Shown here in pieces: positions 12,001-25,317 of a stretch of 64,000 nt of DNA. The DNA is taken from the NCBI RefSeq assembly GCF_964204645.1, contig NC_134027.1, forward strand, positions 12,556,485 through 12,620,484. The letters run 5' to 3'. Below the pieces are notes generated by a model. The model made no database searches. It was not told where the DNA came from and saw nothing but the letters and a program-made list of their open reading frames with translations. Origin of the DNA: Tubulanus polymorphus (taxonomy: Eukaryota > Animalia > Nemertea). How positions within the stretch are numbered: position 1 is the stretch's first letter; each line of letters opens with the position of its first letter. The translations under genes and the position numbers were made by a program.

Positions 12001-15000
12001 TGGCGATTGATTCAATAAAACGTGCCATTTTTGCAATATAACGTGCCATTTTTGGGAATAATTCAAATTCTAATTCATTTCATAGGTCCGGACTTCGAAT
12101 TTTCGAGCTGTAGCGGGCCAGACGGTATTTTCATGAACATTTTTTTGAAAAGGGCACTTGACAAATTCAAGGGGTCGCACGTGCTGCAGGTGCGACCCCC
12201 TGTATCCGCCCCTGATTAGTTATTCTATATGGTCACTAGGGGGCGTTGAATAGTAGAATAACTTAGTATTTCCTTATCATATTGGTACCTAGGCATATTT
12301 TGTTACCATGATCAATTGCAAAGTTGTAGCTAATGACATGTTCTATGATTATGGTGAGCTTCAAGGTCATTGGGCTTCGCATATGGTCACCAGGGGGTGG
12401 TGAATAGTAGAATTCCTTAGAGTTTCCATACCATATTGGTAACTAGGCATATTTTGTTACGACATTCAATTGCAAAATTGTAGCTGCTGACATGTTCTAT
12501 GATTGTGGTGAGTTTCAAGGTCATTGGATGGGGCGTTGAATATTGAAATTGTTAGATTGTTGAGCATCTGAAACCACTTCCCAAGTGGGTATGGTGTCCC
12601 TGGACCCCTAGTTAAGGTTTTCGTAGGTAATGAGTGCCATGAGTTTTTCTTACTTCTAGGAATCTCGCGATCTTTACAGACTAAAAGTGGACAAAGAAGC
12701 AAAGGAACGTGAAGTGTGAGTAAAGATAACTATTTAATGTCGAAAATTCATATGAACTTAAGCTATGATACAGCCTAGAAGAAATTTAACTTTGTTTTTT
12801 GTTTGCGTTTAGTTTTATATTATTTAAATTGCGTTTTGTAATTCCTTTTTCGTTAAGTTCCTAACGCGTTTGACACTTGTCCAGGACGAATACGCATTTG
12901 AGAATTACTTGCCTAATCACTAGTGAGACATATTTCGATGCACGCGTATGGGTGCAACAAAACTTTGAATGTGCCTTTTAGGCGTTAATAATGTTATTGC
13001 ATTTATCTTAAGCATATATTCATCCAAATACCAGAAGCTGCTCTCGAAAAGAAGGGACGCTAATGTTAGCCCTCTCGGGACTTCAGAGCCGTCGAAAGGG
13101 ATTTTTCAGTGGCAAGGCTTATTTCCGAATGGGGGGTGTGTGGGGGCCCTCCCCCAGAATAATTCAAAATTTTACATGTGCTTTCTAAGATGATGCGTTT
13201 TGGGGTCATTTCACGGTCTCATTCACAGAAGCATGAGAAGTCGTGAGCAACCACCTAGTACAGAGAACGACGAGCTGCTACGCGGTACAGCGAGCTTTTG
13301 AAAAAAGCATTAAAAAATTTTTGGTTATGCAAAAAAGTGGGGCGGCTTTGGCTGCCCCTGCCGCCCCTGTCCCGACGGCTCTGGACTTAAGTCCCAGTGG
13401 GCTATTGTGTTCACTTTTTGTCTGTCGTCCGATCATTCGTAGACTGAATCCAGTTATTACGGAGATGTTTTGAAGATGCTTCAATGTAATGTCTTGATAT
13501 TTGATAAATACATGTATCTACCCTAGACACATCTTCTACTTATCTTGATCGTTCATATATATTTGTATCCCCCAAGGGTTCATCAGCGTAAGAAGAGTTG
13601 GGTCCTGTAGCTTCCTAATGGTTTGCAATTTTTCGTTGCAATTTTTTGTGGGTATTCTATGAAAAGTCTTTTATACAGGAAACAGGTATTTTGATTAGCC
13701 AATTTTCACACACGTGACGGCCATATTAGTGTCATCAGTGCTCTTTCATAGGTGGGAAAAGGTTTTTTTGAGGAAAATAACAACAGGTTTGAACTTATAG
13801 CCTTGATATTGATTATGATTAGCACCATCATAGGATACATTATATATTGGATATACTGGTACCTATTTTATAACCACAATCATTTGCAAAATTGTAGCTC
13901 ATAACATGGTCTATGATTGTGGTGAGTTTCAAGGTCATTGTGTTTTGTATATAGTCACCAGGAGGCGTTGAATAGTAGAATAACATTTCTATGCATTTAT
14001 GCATTTTCTATGCATTTTATTTTCTATGCATTCTATGCATCATATGCATTTCTATTTCGTTTGATCAAAAAAGCACCGATCTCCGATGAACGCCACACCT
14101 TATTGGTTAAGTTACTTCTAGGCTGTACTGTACATATTGCATAACCCATTAGCATGTTATACACTCTGAAATGCTGCGTCATCTACTCCTGAGAGCTTGC
14201 TGAAATGCCCTGGTTATTTGTTACAGGCTCATCCCCGAGAAAACTTATTTTTAAGCATTCAGAGCATTTTCAGGCACTTCTTGATATTCATCTCATATTA
14301 TATTCGAAATGTTCCTTGTAAGTCACTAAGTAACGTGGTGTTGAAGATATTTAATACGATGGATATTTTCCAAGCGGGTTGCTCTTGTACCCAAAGTACC
14401 CTCTGGACTCACGCCTGAAATGGTCTATATTATGAAAAGTTGAAAACATGATTGTACTGCATAAATCAAATTGAAACAGAAAATGTTTGTGTCATGTTTA
14501 ACCAACAAATTGCATTATTTCATGTTAAGCAAAACATACTATAGGCTGGCTGGTCGTAGTGACCCTGGGGCTCTTGTAACGATTTGTTATAACAAGATAT
14601 CAATGTTTCTATTATTCAGAAAATGTAGACATCGATAGGCTTTAGTTAATTCTTTATCTATTAATGATTAATAGAAAATCACACAAATTTCACTCAGAAA
14701 ATGGATGCGACTTAGACAATTATATCTAATCGGAGAACGGTAATCAGGAAATCCAATCCTAGTGCGACTTAGGGGTTTATACTACTTACAAACTATAAAT
14801 TTGAATGGGGAAAATCAGAATTTTGAAATTCATATGACCTAGGTCACTACGACTTTTAACGTGATGACTTTCACTACTGTGCACTAGTAGCCAAAGAGTG
14901 TATCTCTGATAAGTTTAAGTTAACTGGTCAAGTAAGAGTGTACTTATTTCTTATAAGATCAAGTTAACTGGTCAAGTACTACCTGTCTTCATGTTTATTG

Positions 15001-18000
15001 TTTTGACACCAACTGAACACGGCTCCTCTAGAACCTTCTGAAAATATACTAGGTTCTAAGTGTTCTAACTTTTACTAGGTCAAATATTTTGGGTCAATGG
15101 GCCTAAAATATTAGAAAATCTGAACACTTATTTTACCTACTTCAACATGATGCATGACAATAATCATAGAAAAAGTTATCTGGGGTTGTGCATGGTCGGT
15201 TAGAATTAACCGATTGTGTGGCTGATTGGTGTCTCTATTCGAACACATCTTCACCCGTCAAGGGATTCGAACCCACTACGCTAAAGCTGTTCGCCGAACC
15301 CCTTGACCTCACGAGTCATTGGAGTCGTTACTAGCCGACCAGAATCCGGTCGTACCAATCACAGCGCTTGTAACAAACGACTTTAGGCTTCTATTGGTTT
15401 TCCCGATAATTGGACCAATCAGCGAACGTTTTACTGAACAAGGAAGTATTTCGCAAATCGATATATGACGTCATGCGCAACAGCGCCAGTAATGAAATCA
15501 CGCTTCGCGAGGCCAGGGGGGCTGGTGGAAGCGAGTTCGGGAGTGATACCGGACCCCTGGCAAGCGAGGATGTTCGAACACAATAATCAATTTCCTACGT
15601 GCAAGTGGGTTAATCAATTGCTAACTTTTGTTGATGCTCTTTTTTTGTACTCTAACTTTGGTTTCTTTTTGCATATGATTTTAAAGATATGAAGAGGATA
15701 ATTTCTTGAGACTGTCTCTAACTAAACAGCAAAGGGTAAGTGGTTTTGAGTTAAGTTTCAACTGTCAGTTCACTAGACCCCTTATTACCAAGAGTCTGGT
15801 TAAAAAAAGTTGAATTAATTTTTCCAGCAATCAATGAAGAAAATGACAACCATGTCCAGTTTGAATTCATTAACACGTTTTGATGACATCAGTGCTCTGG
15901 ATAAAGATGAACTTAGCGTAAGTATCGGGTGTGTTGTTACTGGTTTGAACTAAGTTGAACGAAACTTGGCTCTTGTGTATCACTCAAGACCCAGTAACTT
16001 TGGGTCTTCCCCCTCAATATTTTGAGTAAAACTATCACCCCAAGATGCATTCTCCGAGCACCTAATGAATATTTTACTCAAACTTGGGTCACTGGCCCAA
16101 ATTTATCGTCAATAAATTTCATGGCCGTTTTGTGTTTCAATTACCAGACTGATACTGGAAGGTCATTCGTTTTTAGGATCAAGAGCTAACAGAATGCTCC
16201 TGAGAGTAACATTCTGTTAGCTCTTGGCGGCACGAGTTGTAAACCCTTGATATAAACAGCAGATATTTTGTCATTAGGAGGGAAATAGGTGTTGGAATTG
16301 ATATGGCAAGTTTTTCGTTCATCATTTGGAAGTACGTACTGGGAGAAAATTCTGCAAAATTACAATGAATTTTTCCCTAATCAATGCTTGTCCCGGTTTC
16401 TTGATGATTACATCACAGGGAAAGCCTTTCAAAATGGCATCACTTTAGAAGCACAGGGGCTCGTTACGATAGCTGGGGGTCCAAAATCAAAGATTTGACC
16501 CAGTATCCTAGGTACCACCTATAAAAAAAGAAAAGGGAGCTAACATTTTGACATACTAGAATTGATCTTCTCATTTCAATCGCTCATAACTTCGTAACCC
16601 ATCGACCGATTCGCTCGAAATTGGTTTCGTTTCATTCTTAAGAGGTTACTTTTTCGTTTGAGACCTTCCGCGACAAAATCGGATAAGAGACACCCGAGAA
16701 ATCACGACTCAAATCCGAAAAAACGAGTCAAAATAGCCAAAGCCGGAATTACTAGGACGTCTCGGAGTAGTCGATTCCCGACGAAAAACGATGAGTTGAC
16801 GCGGTTCCCGGACGTTAATCTTCACATATCATACATCGCTGGAAAGCTTATGAACTGACCTTATTGAAAAATGCGTTTATTTGATAATCCGTTCCGAAAC
16901 CGGCAACAAGCGAGGTGATAATACGCACCGAACCGATAAATACGCACTTTAAGCGTCACTGAACCGCCATTGAGGGTGTGACGTCACGGGCTCTGAGGAC
17001 TGATAAATTCGCGATACGTGATTGGTCGACTGAATATGTCCATTATCTAGCATTGCATGCTGGGATTTCTCATGACGTCACGCAGTTAATGGCGGCCGGA
17101 ATACACTTGGAAATCGTATTTATCGCATCAATCTGGATTATCAGCTCGCCAGTCGCGGGTATCGGAACGGATTATCAAATAAACGCGTCTTTCAATAAGG
17201 TCAGTTCATAAGCTTTCCAGTGATGTATGATATGTGAAGATTAACGTCCGGGAACCGCGTCAAATCATCGTTTTTCGTCGGAAATTGAGCACTTCAAGCG
17301 GTCCTAGTAATTCCGGCTTTGGATATTTTGACCCGTTTTTTCGGATTTGAGTCGTGATTTCTCGGGCGTCTCCGGTCCGATTTCATCGGGGAAGGTCTCA
17401 AACGAAAAAGTCACCTCTTGGGAATGAAACGAATCTAATTTCGTGTAAATCGGTCGATCGGTTACGAAGTTATGAGGGGTTGAAATGAGAAGGTCAATTC
17501 TTGTATGTCAAAATGTTAGCTCCCTTTTCTTTTTTTATAGGTGGTACCTAGGATACTGGGTCAAATCTTTGATTTTGGACCCCCAGCTATCGTAACGAGC
17601 CCCTGTGTTTAGAAGGGCTTTCCCAGTGACGTCCATATCAAGAACTTAGTATTGATTGTTCTGTCAAGCGCTAGCGAGTCATAGGGAAAACCCATTACCC
17701 TGTATCTCATCAAATTGAACATGCTCAATACACAGTGCACCATGATCCATCTTTATCAGCTGTTTATATGTAATTGAAAATCTGAGAACAAATCTACTTC
17801 AGAAATAAAAAGTTGATCTTACTGCACCCATAGTCCTTTATTCAAGTGTTACCGTAACATGTCACAATTTGGATGAAAAAATTAAGCTTTCTCACTCTTC
17901 CAATATAATATGGCTGCTATGCTGGACATCTTGAATTTATTGTTAGCGTTTTACACGTCTGTGCAATTTCTTTTATAATTGGTTTGTGTAATATGCTAAG

Positions 18001-21000
18001 TCATGGATAAAACCAATCAAAATTAGCTTTCTCTCGCTCTGCCAATATGGCCGCCATGACGGATATTTTGAATTTCTTGGTAGTGCTGTTGACATATCTT
18101 GTTAGTGCTGTAGAATCTGGTCTTCATGTTTTTGAATAGATTTCTTCAAAAATATCTAACCCTAGTTGGAGGGATTCCGCTAGTGGCCTTTGGGATGGCT
18201 GCTTTTGATTTGATTGGCCCGGGCCAAATTTGGGGCGGAACAACTGTTCACACGGCTGCCAAATGGGCCTGAGCCTGTTTGGCCCGCGCCAAATTTGGCC
18301 TGACCAAAAACGTCGTACCAGGCCCGAGCCTAATTTTAGCACCTGACAAATGATTGCGTTTGAATTGCAACTAGCACCGGAAATGATTCACTTCCCTTTG
18401 TCTGAGCAATGTTTAGTATCGAGTGAATGGTTTGCGTGTGAACGCGCTCTCTTATTAGGCACGGGCCAAATTGATCGGTGCCAATTTGGCCCGGGCCAAA
18501 TCGTCTTTGTGTGATCTCAGCTTATATATCATCCTAACTCCTCATCAGTAACAATGGTGTGGAAATCAAAATCGGACAAAAATTGAATAAATTGAAAATA
18601 CAGATTTTGTGTTCAACTCCATTATTACTGTCATTATTATTCTTATCAAAAACATCTACAAAGTCAGTGAATTCTAATTAAGAAGATTACTATGACCAAA
18701 ATGATATCAAACAGATACTAAAACAGTTTTTTTATGTGTCACTGTGATACTGGTGTGAGCCAGATGTGTTCCAGTAAACACTTTAAACAAACTACCACTT
18801 GCTAGTTGCTAGTGGGATGTGGCCTGCACTGCAAATATCAAGTACCACCCGGTGGGTTTTTGGACCTCCATTTAAGTCAGCCTTTAAGATAAAAAATTGT
18901 ATTTCAAGATCGATTTCCATTTAAGTCGGCCGTTAAGATAAAAAATTGTATTTTAAGATTGATTTCTGTGAAATCTTTAGCTGACTTGATTTTTGGAGGA
19001 ATATTTTTATTTGCACTACTGAAAATATCATTGTCATTTATGCAAAGTCTGGGAAAATAACTTTTTCTCAAATCGGATGGATGACCTTGATATGCTAATT
19101 AGCCATGTGCTCAAACTACAAATTCAATCAAATTTTATTCTGCTAATTAGCCATGTGCTCAAACTACAAATTCAATCAAATTTTATTCTGCAAAAAATAT
19201 CAAATCCAACTCAATTTTACTTTATTGCACAATCCAATTTGGTTTTATCGAGCAAATTTCAGAAAATTTAATTCTATTCCGCATTCAAATCGATAAGACC
19301 AAGGGAAAAGATTAATCTGAGGTATTTGTTCCTGCCAGCTCCAGTTGCTGCCTATGCTACTTATGCAAACATGATTGTATTGTGTAAATTATAGCGGGTA
19401 TTGACTCTGAGCTGGGCCCAGTGAATTTTGGCAAATATAATCCTCAGAATGCATCATTTGCCATATTTATGAAAAGCTGACAGGCTGGCCACAGTGCCCC
19501 TGGGGCTCTTCAGGGCTTCTAGTGGTCCTATTTTCCTATTTTTTCCTATTTTTCAGTGCTTGTCCTATTTTGATATGAAAAAGTCCTATTTGTCCTATTT
19601 TCTCTAATTTTCCAGCTCGTCGACCACTTTTTATCGACAAAAATGTTCTTTATATCTTTTCATATGATGTGCAACACCATTTTGAGTGTTTGGTAGAACC
19701 TGCAGCATTCATGTTCGGTAAGTCCTGGCTATATAACTTCTTTTCTAATCTTCATATCCTAACATGCCCATTGATTTTGTTCAAAATGTCACATGTTGCA
19801 GTGCAACTGGGCTTTGGCTATATGAGGGTAACAATCATGTATAACCAGAGGCGATCGAGAAGTCAATCTCTTTTCATCCAAACATTTCTTGATTATAATG
19901 CTAATTCTTTTGGGTCCGCCTCAGGTATACATTGCCAAGTATCACCACAGGGATGCTCTAGTGTGATCTAGCTGTGTGCAGTGACATTATGTTTGTAAGT
20001 TTATACAGTGTAACCTCGATATAACAATCTCCATGGGACTGAAATCTAGTTTGTTATATCAGGTGATAATTGTAATAAATCCACCAATCTGGACAATATT
20101 TATAGTTAACCGATAAATCGTTATATCAGGGTTCTTTATAACGAGGTTCCACTGTAGATAAGATTTTAAATAGTAATACTGTGATACCTTTTGTATTTAC
20201 CGGGTACCTCACTACGATGTATTATGAGTTGCTGCTGTCAATCAGTTAATTGTGAAATATTTCTTTCCAAAAAAAGAAATGAAAAAATGTAATGAATTAA
20301 TTTTGTTTTCTAGTTTCAGATTACTGAAGTTCATTGGAGACATCTGTGAATATGATGCTGCAGGTTGTATCCTCTCTTCATATATTAAAGTCCTATTTTC
20401 TGATGGATATCCTATATATTCTATGAAATTTTCCTATTTCTGGACACTCTTCCTATTTTTTTTTATGGACCAGATCACTGGAACCCCTGGCTCTTGTTTA
20501 TAGTTAATTGTACAAACACCTCAACTTCCTTTTATTATTGTGGTCTACTAGCTGCTATTCAAATTTGTAACTAAAAATTTGGTGCTGTAAAAAGTATTTA
20601 CGGTGACCTACCCATTTTCAGAAGTATGCTCGAAATTTTATTTTCTATAATAAAAATTCCCTACCTATCTACCTACCAATTTTGGTGATGGCCCCATCCG
20701 AGAAACAGGATTTCCTTTTTGGTGTGGCCTTTAGTGAAAACCCTGTTTATGAATTATGAATTAGACAGGACTATTAACATGGACCCATTCAATCTTTTCA
20801 GGATGATGGTGTAACAAAGAAAAGAAAAAGACCACAAAAGGTACTATACAAATGCATTGCGTCACTCTTATGGACATTAGATGCAGCTTAAAATTCAATT
20901 GAATTTAGGCAGGTTTCGATTAGTCTCTACTGATTCTGGAATTCTCGTCTGGCGTGTTCATTTCAACCAGAATACACTCGACCTATTCTGAAATATCACA

Positions 21001-24000
21001 ATCTGTAAACCTGATAGAGTTCAGGCTGGTGGTTTGGAATTAACCAGAATATATTGAATAAAAAACGTGCCTTAGTCTAGTTTTGTTGTCCATGAACTCT
21101 CATGAATGTAATAAAGAATGCGCACTGTTCTCCTACTTAAAAATGACTTCGATTTGAAATGCCAAGCACACTCAAGAAATTAATGTTTAAATGAAATGCT
21201 CTGAGCAATATATTCTCAATTTGCACACTGAGATTACCCAATGGATATCAAACTGTTTGAGATTTCTGTTCAGACTTAACTCTTTGCCTGCCAGGCCAAT
21301 TTTTCAGGAAATGCTGCACTTAGCCAGGATTTCCATGTTTTTCAGAGATTCATAAAACAAAAATTAGAAGAGATATCTTCATCAAATCTGTTTTATTTTG
21401 TTCATCTGGTCTTGCTTTTTCATGTGAAATAAGCGGCATTTTTTCTTAGAGTGATACAATCTCCAGCAACCACCAGTGCAGAGGGGGTATTTTGCAGAAA
21501 ATATGCCCATTCATGCGTGTTCAGCCCCCATTTCAATAGATGACGTCACTAACACACTGCATAGAACGACTGATGATAGTTTATTTTAGTAGTGAGGGCA
21601 ATAAACTAACTGGTGTTGTGCAATGAATTCACCATCTATCGTTTAAGTTAAGTAACAAGTCAACCGTACCAGTACGGTTTGGCAGGCAAGTGATGGGAGA
21701 TATCGAACGTACCAGTACGTTTTTGGCAGGCAATGAGTTAAGTACGCCAATGTGCAACGGCAATTTGCAAAACATTATTTTTAGTCTCAGTATAAATACA
21801 AGTTGTAGTATTAGAACTAATATCTCTGTTTCGGAAGCGAAATTCACCATCCTTGGATCAGCTGTGTTTATTATGAAGCATCATAGCGGTGTTCACATGA
21901 GATTCTGGTTTAATGAGCTACCAAACATGTGGTGCCGAATTTTCCAGAATATCGCGCTTAGAGCATGTTGCATTCACATGTGATTCAGCCTGCATGAATT
22001 ATGCCGATACTAGCGTTTTCATGCCATCTTGTTTTTTCAACTATTCTTAACCTGTTCCGCCTTCTGACCGGTAGATGAATTGTCGATTCGGCGTCAAAGA
22101 TTACATACAGTTCTTTGCTAAGATGAACAAAATACAATTGCCACTATATAACTATGCCCTCTCTTAAGCATTACCGTACTGAATAAGCCACGAATAGACC
22201 TTGAATAATTAGAACTGTACTGAAAGCTGAAATCCTTGTGTGTAAGCCGCTTAGTCGGGTATATCTTGGGGAAATAATTCTCATATGACTCCTAATTCTG
22301 ATCTGATTCTACCTTCATAAATGCAAAGAAAATAGATAAGCCTGTATATACTTATATGTATTTACTTATTCTGTATCTTTTTTAGCACACCGGAAAGAAA
22401 GGTAACTTATTCTTTTAAGCTTTCTACTCTTGCAATTTCGGGTAATGTGAAAACCTGGGGTGCCTAAAGTCAAGAGTTTGTAATTCAAATGAACGGAAGG
22501 TAGCACCATCTGTTTTTTGATTGCTTCATCTCTGCGTTAAGAAGAAACAATAGGATAGCTTTGCAATTACATCTATCCCCCAAAGTAGACATGGAATGGG
22601 AGGTTTTGCACAAAAGATTATATTCAAATACTTTACCGGGTATTTAAATAAATCCTATACGACTTACATAATGGAATTGGTGTTCAAAAACCTTCCCTAA
22701 AATTCTGACAAATACCTAATAACCAGTGGAATAAGAATGACTGGGTTTTTGTTTTATCAACCAACCCAAACTACAGTCAACCCTGCATAAGTCGTCATCG
22801 AATTAGTCGTATCGGGCGAACTCTTTTATGAGATCGGAGAATCCGTTTGCCTCCAATCGTACTCTTTTATTGGTCACGTGACTTTTTGGAGTCTCCGAAA
22901 CCTCCTTTCTGTCGAGGTGGTGTGATTCGGATTTTGTGTGGAGCCAACCAGAGATTTCGGACGGAGACTTCGGAGGTCAAAAAGAGTACGCCCATAATCA
23001 CATCTCTCGTATAATTATTTTGGTCCCTATTTTTTTTCTTCTTTAAACCTTATCAAATTATGCTAATAACTCGTATTTTCACGTAAGTCGTATCAATTTT
23101 GGAAGCGAAATCTTCCGATTCCATTCAAAATACCCCGCCCCGCGTAAGTCGTAGCCCGATATACCGGTAACAGATAAAAATACGCTACGATATTGTCTGT
23201 GAAAGAGTTTAGACAGTATACATGTAACTTTGTTGTGACGTTGTCTATGTGTAGTGCACGTGCCAGCTTTAATTGGAAGATTGAGGGTAGATTTCAGCGA
23301 TATAGGATCTGCACTGCCAGCTCAGGATACGACCGGAAACATGACGAACCATGCTGGAATCTGTATATATCGTATTTTCACGGGTTATTCGCGGAATTCG
23401 TATAAAACCTCGACTTATAGATAACTCGTAAAAATATGACTTAAAAACGACTTACACGTAACTCGTAGAAAAATCGTCAGTCCCGAGGGCTACGACTCAT
23501 ACGGGGTTGACTGTACTTGTACTGTACTGAAGGATCTTGGAAAATGGAAGGCTGGGGATCCATTTCTCGGATAAAGCAGCCATCTCAAAGCTCACTAGTG
23601 GGGTCCCTCCATCTAGGGTAAGATAATTTTTGGTAAAATCCATCCTAAAAGATGCAATTTCCGAGAGGATTAGTGTCAAATATATTATAGGTAGCCTTGA
23701 CAAAAAGGGCTACCTCAATGGTAAGGTAAGGGGTCTAGACCTACTAAATCCGCGCCTGTACTGGCGCTCTACGTTTTGACATTCCCCTGATATTATTTAG
23801 GGCTTGAAATGAACACCTTTTCAAATTCAGCTCACCTCGCTTTACGGTAGTCAGTATGCTTTCTGCATAGATTGCCTCATCACTCCCGACACATTTCATT
23901 TTCCAAGGCAATTCGAACCCTCCAAAAGATTTAAAACATTTATGAATTTTTGGTCTCCGCTGATGAAGTTCATACCCTAGTACTGAAGTGTCCGTGCCAA

Positions 24001-24137
24001 TTAACCTTGTGCTGAACCACTATATCATATATAACTAAAAACTGTTTTTGGTGAAAAGTATATTGTTATAAGCATAAATTTTCTATTTATGGTAAATTTT
24101 CTCTTTTACAGGTGGTAAAAAGAAACGGAAATTTTAG
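6088..24137 (+). CDS. NGDN: Neuroguidin (Lcp5/Sas10-Utp3 family SSU processome factor), 305 aa; exons 6088-6225, 6373-6510, 8949-9033, 9134-9186, 9378-9480, 9556-9680, 12660-12715, 15687-15735, 15828-15917, 20802-20840, 22386-22401, 24112-24137
   Basis: All introns are GT-AG with compatible phases, giving a 918-nt open frame. Conserved motifs: GIGFLEVKHQLLLSYL, IRTVLERIRPIDQKLKYQIDKLVK, DPLRFKPNP, IYLPPKLAAVYYD, ELREEYDTAPREI, YEEDNFLRL and a basic C-terminus. AATAAA at 24172-24177. An acceptor at 6081 implies an upstream 5' exon that was not located. Confidence 0.92.
6743..7660 (+). mobile_element. Helentron-associated non-autonomous element (HINE/DINE-1-like), partial
   Basis: 5' TAGCCCACTTGGGACTTAAGTCCCA hairpin, (GTCC)n microsatellite and ~155-bp internal tandem units. 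Homologous to 9894-12613 and 13384-13990; family termini also at 1-14 and ~101-135. Confidence 0.65.
7863..8451 (-). mobile_element. Internally deleted piggyBac-like transposon
   Basis: TTAA TSD at 7859-7862 and 8452-8455; TIR CCCTTTCGCTACGT. The minus strand from 8215 encodes MAARKKVFSANQVLGKIYADDDSEDDDLDD..., resembling the acidic N-terminus of piggyBac transposases. Confidence 0.85.
10659..12214. mobile_element. CAGGGGCGGAT-terminated non-autonomous DNA transposon (hAT-like, 5-bp TSD)
   Basis: TIR CAGGGGCGGAT / ATCCGCCCCTG; TSD ATTAG on both sides; internal ~21-bp minisatellite (GTGCCCTTTTTGGCAATATAAC). Confidence 0.75.
11076..11851 (+). mobile_element. Second HINE-like family carrying ~145-bp tandem repeats
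   Basis: subTIR ATGCGCCCTCAT / ATGTGGGAGCAT, (GTCC)n, ~145-bp units (AACTGATTAGATTTTGG...AAGGTCAAGGTCAC), 3' palindrome and CTAGTT end. Confidence 0.65.
13384..13990 (+). mobile_element. Partial HINE-like copy
   Basis: Homologous to 6755-7640 (GGACTTAAGTCCCA...GTCCGTC...GGTGAGTTTCAAGGTCATTG). Confidence 0.6.
16452..17607. mobile_element. Foldback non-autonomous element with ~450-bp TIRs (P-element-like termini)
   Basis: CACAGGGGCTCGTTACGATAG... at both ends; arms ~16452-16902 and ~17157-17607; 8-bp TSD TTTAGAAG at 16444-16451 and 17608-17615. Confidence 0.9.
19511..20489. mobile_element. CAGGG-terminated non-autonomous element (hAT-like, 6-bp TSD)
   Basis: TIR CAGGGCTTCTAGTG / CACTGGAACCCCTG; TSD GCTCTT; subterminal TCCTATTTT repeats. 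Confidence 0.7.
20006..20154. mobile_element. Tigger/pogo-like MITE
   Basis: TA TSD; TIR CAGTG(T/G)AACCTCG.TATAA. Confidence 0.75.
21280..21737. mobile_element. piggyBac-like MITE
   Basis: TTAA flanks; TIR CTCTTTGCCTGCCA / TGGCAGGCAATGAG; duplicated subterminal CGTACCAGTACG..TTTGGCAGGCAA. Confidence 0.75.
22774..23513. mobile_element. Tigger/pogo-like MITE with a nested small MITE at 22814-22993
   Basis: TA TSD; TIR CAGTCAACCC...TAAGTCGT / ACGACTCATACGGGGTTGACTG; nested TIR GGGCG.ACTCTTTT. Confidence 0.7.
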
Positions 24138-24876
24138 ATTTGGATGAATCAGATTTGTTGCCGAATTGATAAATAAAATTCAAACCATATTCATACTTGA
24201 CTTAATGAAGTAGTTTTTTAACGGTATTTCATGATGGAATTTCAGTCGTTCGACCGTATATTATGTCTCCCCTCAGACTTCATTTTGTCTGTCTGCTGCT
24301 GCCGTACAATTTTTTCCTCCTACAACTCCTTATGTATATGCTACATTGATTCTCCTTTTTCTGCCCACCAAAGTGACCAGACTGGGGTGTTATTTTATTA
24401 GCTTAATAAAGAAAACGCTGTGGAATTCCTGCAGGACAGGACAGGCAAAACGAAAATGATACATTGTTTCTCCGCAGCAGTCGGGTCATTTTTGTAAAAT
24501 ATAATAAAACTTGTCATCAGCTCATTTCTATTTCGTCATGGTCTGTTCAGGCGCTGAAGATGTGAAGGAATGTACCCAAGACAAATCGGGCGGGCAGTAA
24601 CCACGTAATCAGAGCCATATCATCTAATTATGCAGTCGACAGATGCACCTCAAGAATGAACCTCACAGACGTGTATTTTCAAAATTTTTCACTGAGCAAA
24701 CATTTTTTATGAACCCCTCGTGGGAAAAATCCTGGATCCGCACTTGCTGTTATGGTAAAATTGAGCAAGATTTTTTTTCAAGTAATGTACAGGTTAGAAA
24801 GGTGGCCAGCCGGTGGCCGGGTCAACTTTTTAAGCTCAGTTGAGTGGAGAAACAAGGTATCAACTTTGTAAGCCAT

Positions 24877-25125
24877 GGGATCATTCATTTATTACGTACG
24901 CATAAAATTTTAAATTTTCAACCCCCCCTGTACGCAAAATCGGCCATTTTTTCATATACAATTCAATTCAATACTTTATTACAACTTAAAAGTTCTACAG
25001 TAAAACATACAAGTATATAATGCAATAAAGGAGAAAAAGGACAATTAATACATTAAGCATTACAGTATGCAATTGCACTGACCCCTCTCCCTTCCCTAAT
25101 ACGTACGTAATAAATGAATGACCCC
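24877..25125. mobile_element. Harbinger-like MITE
   Basis: TIR GGG.TCATTCATTTATTACGTACG / CGTACGTAATAAATGAATGACCCC. Confidence 0.65.
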
Positions 25126-25317
25126 ATATATGTCTGTATTTTAAGGATAATGGCAGGCCTATTAAGCTGTGATGTTACATAAAAGATCAAAATAAGATGC
25201 GTACATTCCTTGACGATGAGGTTTATTTAACTGATGATGCTATTTACAGATTTACGCTTAAAAATGCCGTGTGTCTTTTTCATATCTAATTTTATGAAAT
25301 ATCGACGATGAATGTGT

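Larger units (their letters stand above)
9894..12613 (+). mobile_element. Full-length HINE/Helentron-like element with nested insertions
   Basis: 5' subTIR CCCACTTGGG, 3' CCCAAGTGGG plus a short palindrome and CTAGTT end. The ~155-bp tandem units are interrupted at 10659-12214. Confidence 0.7.
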
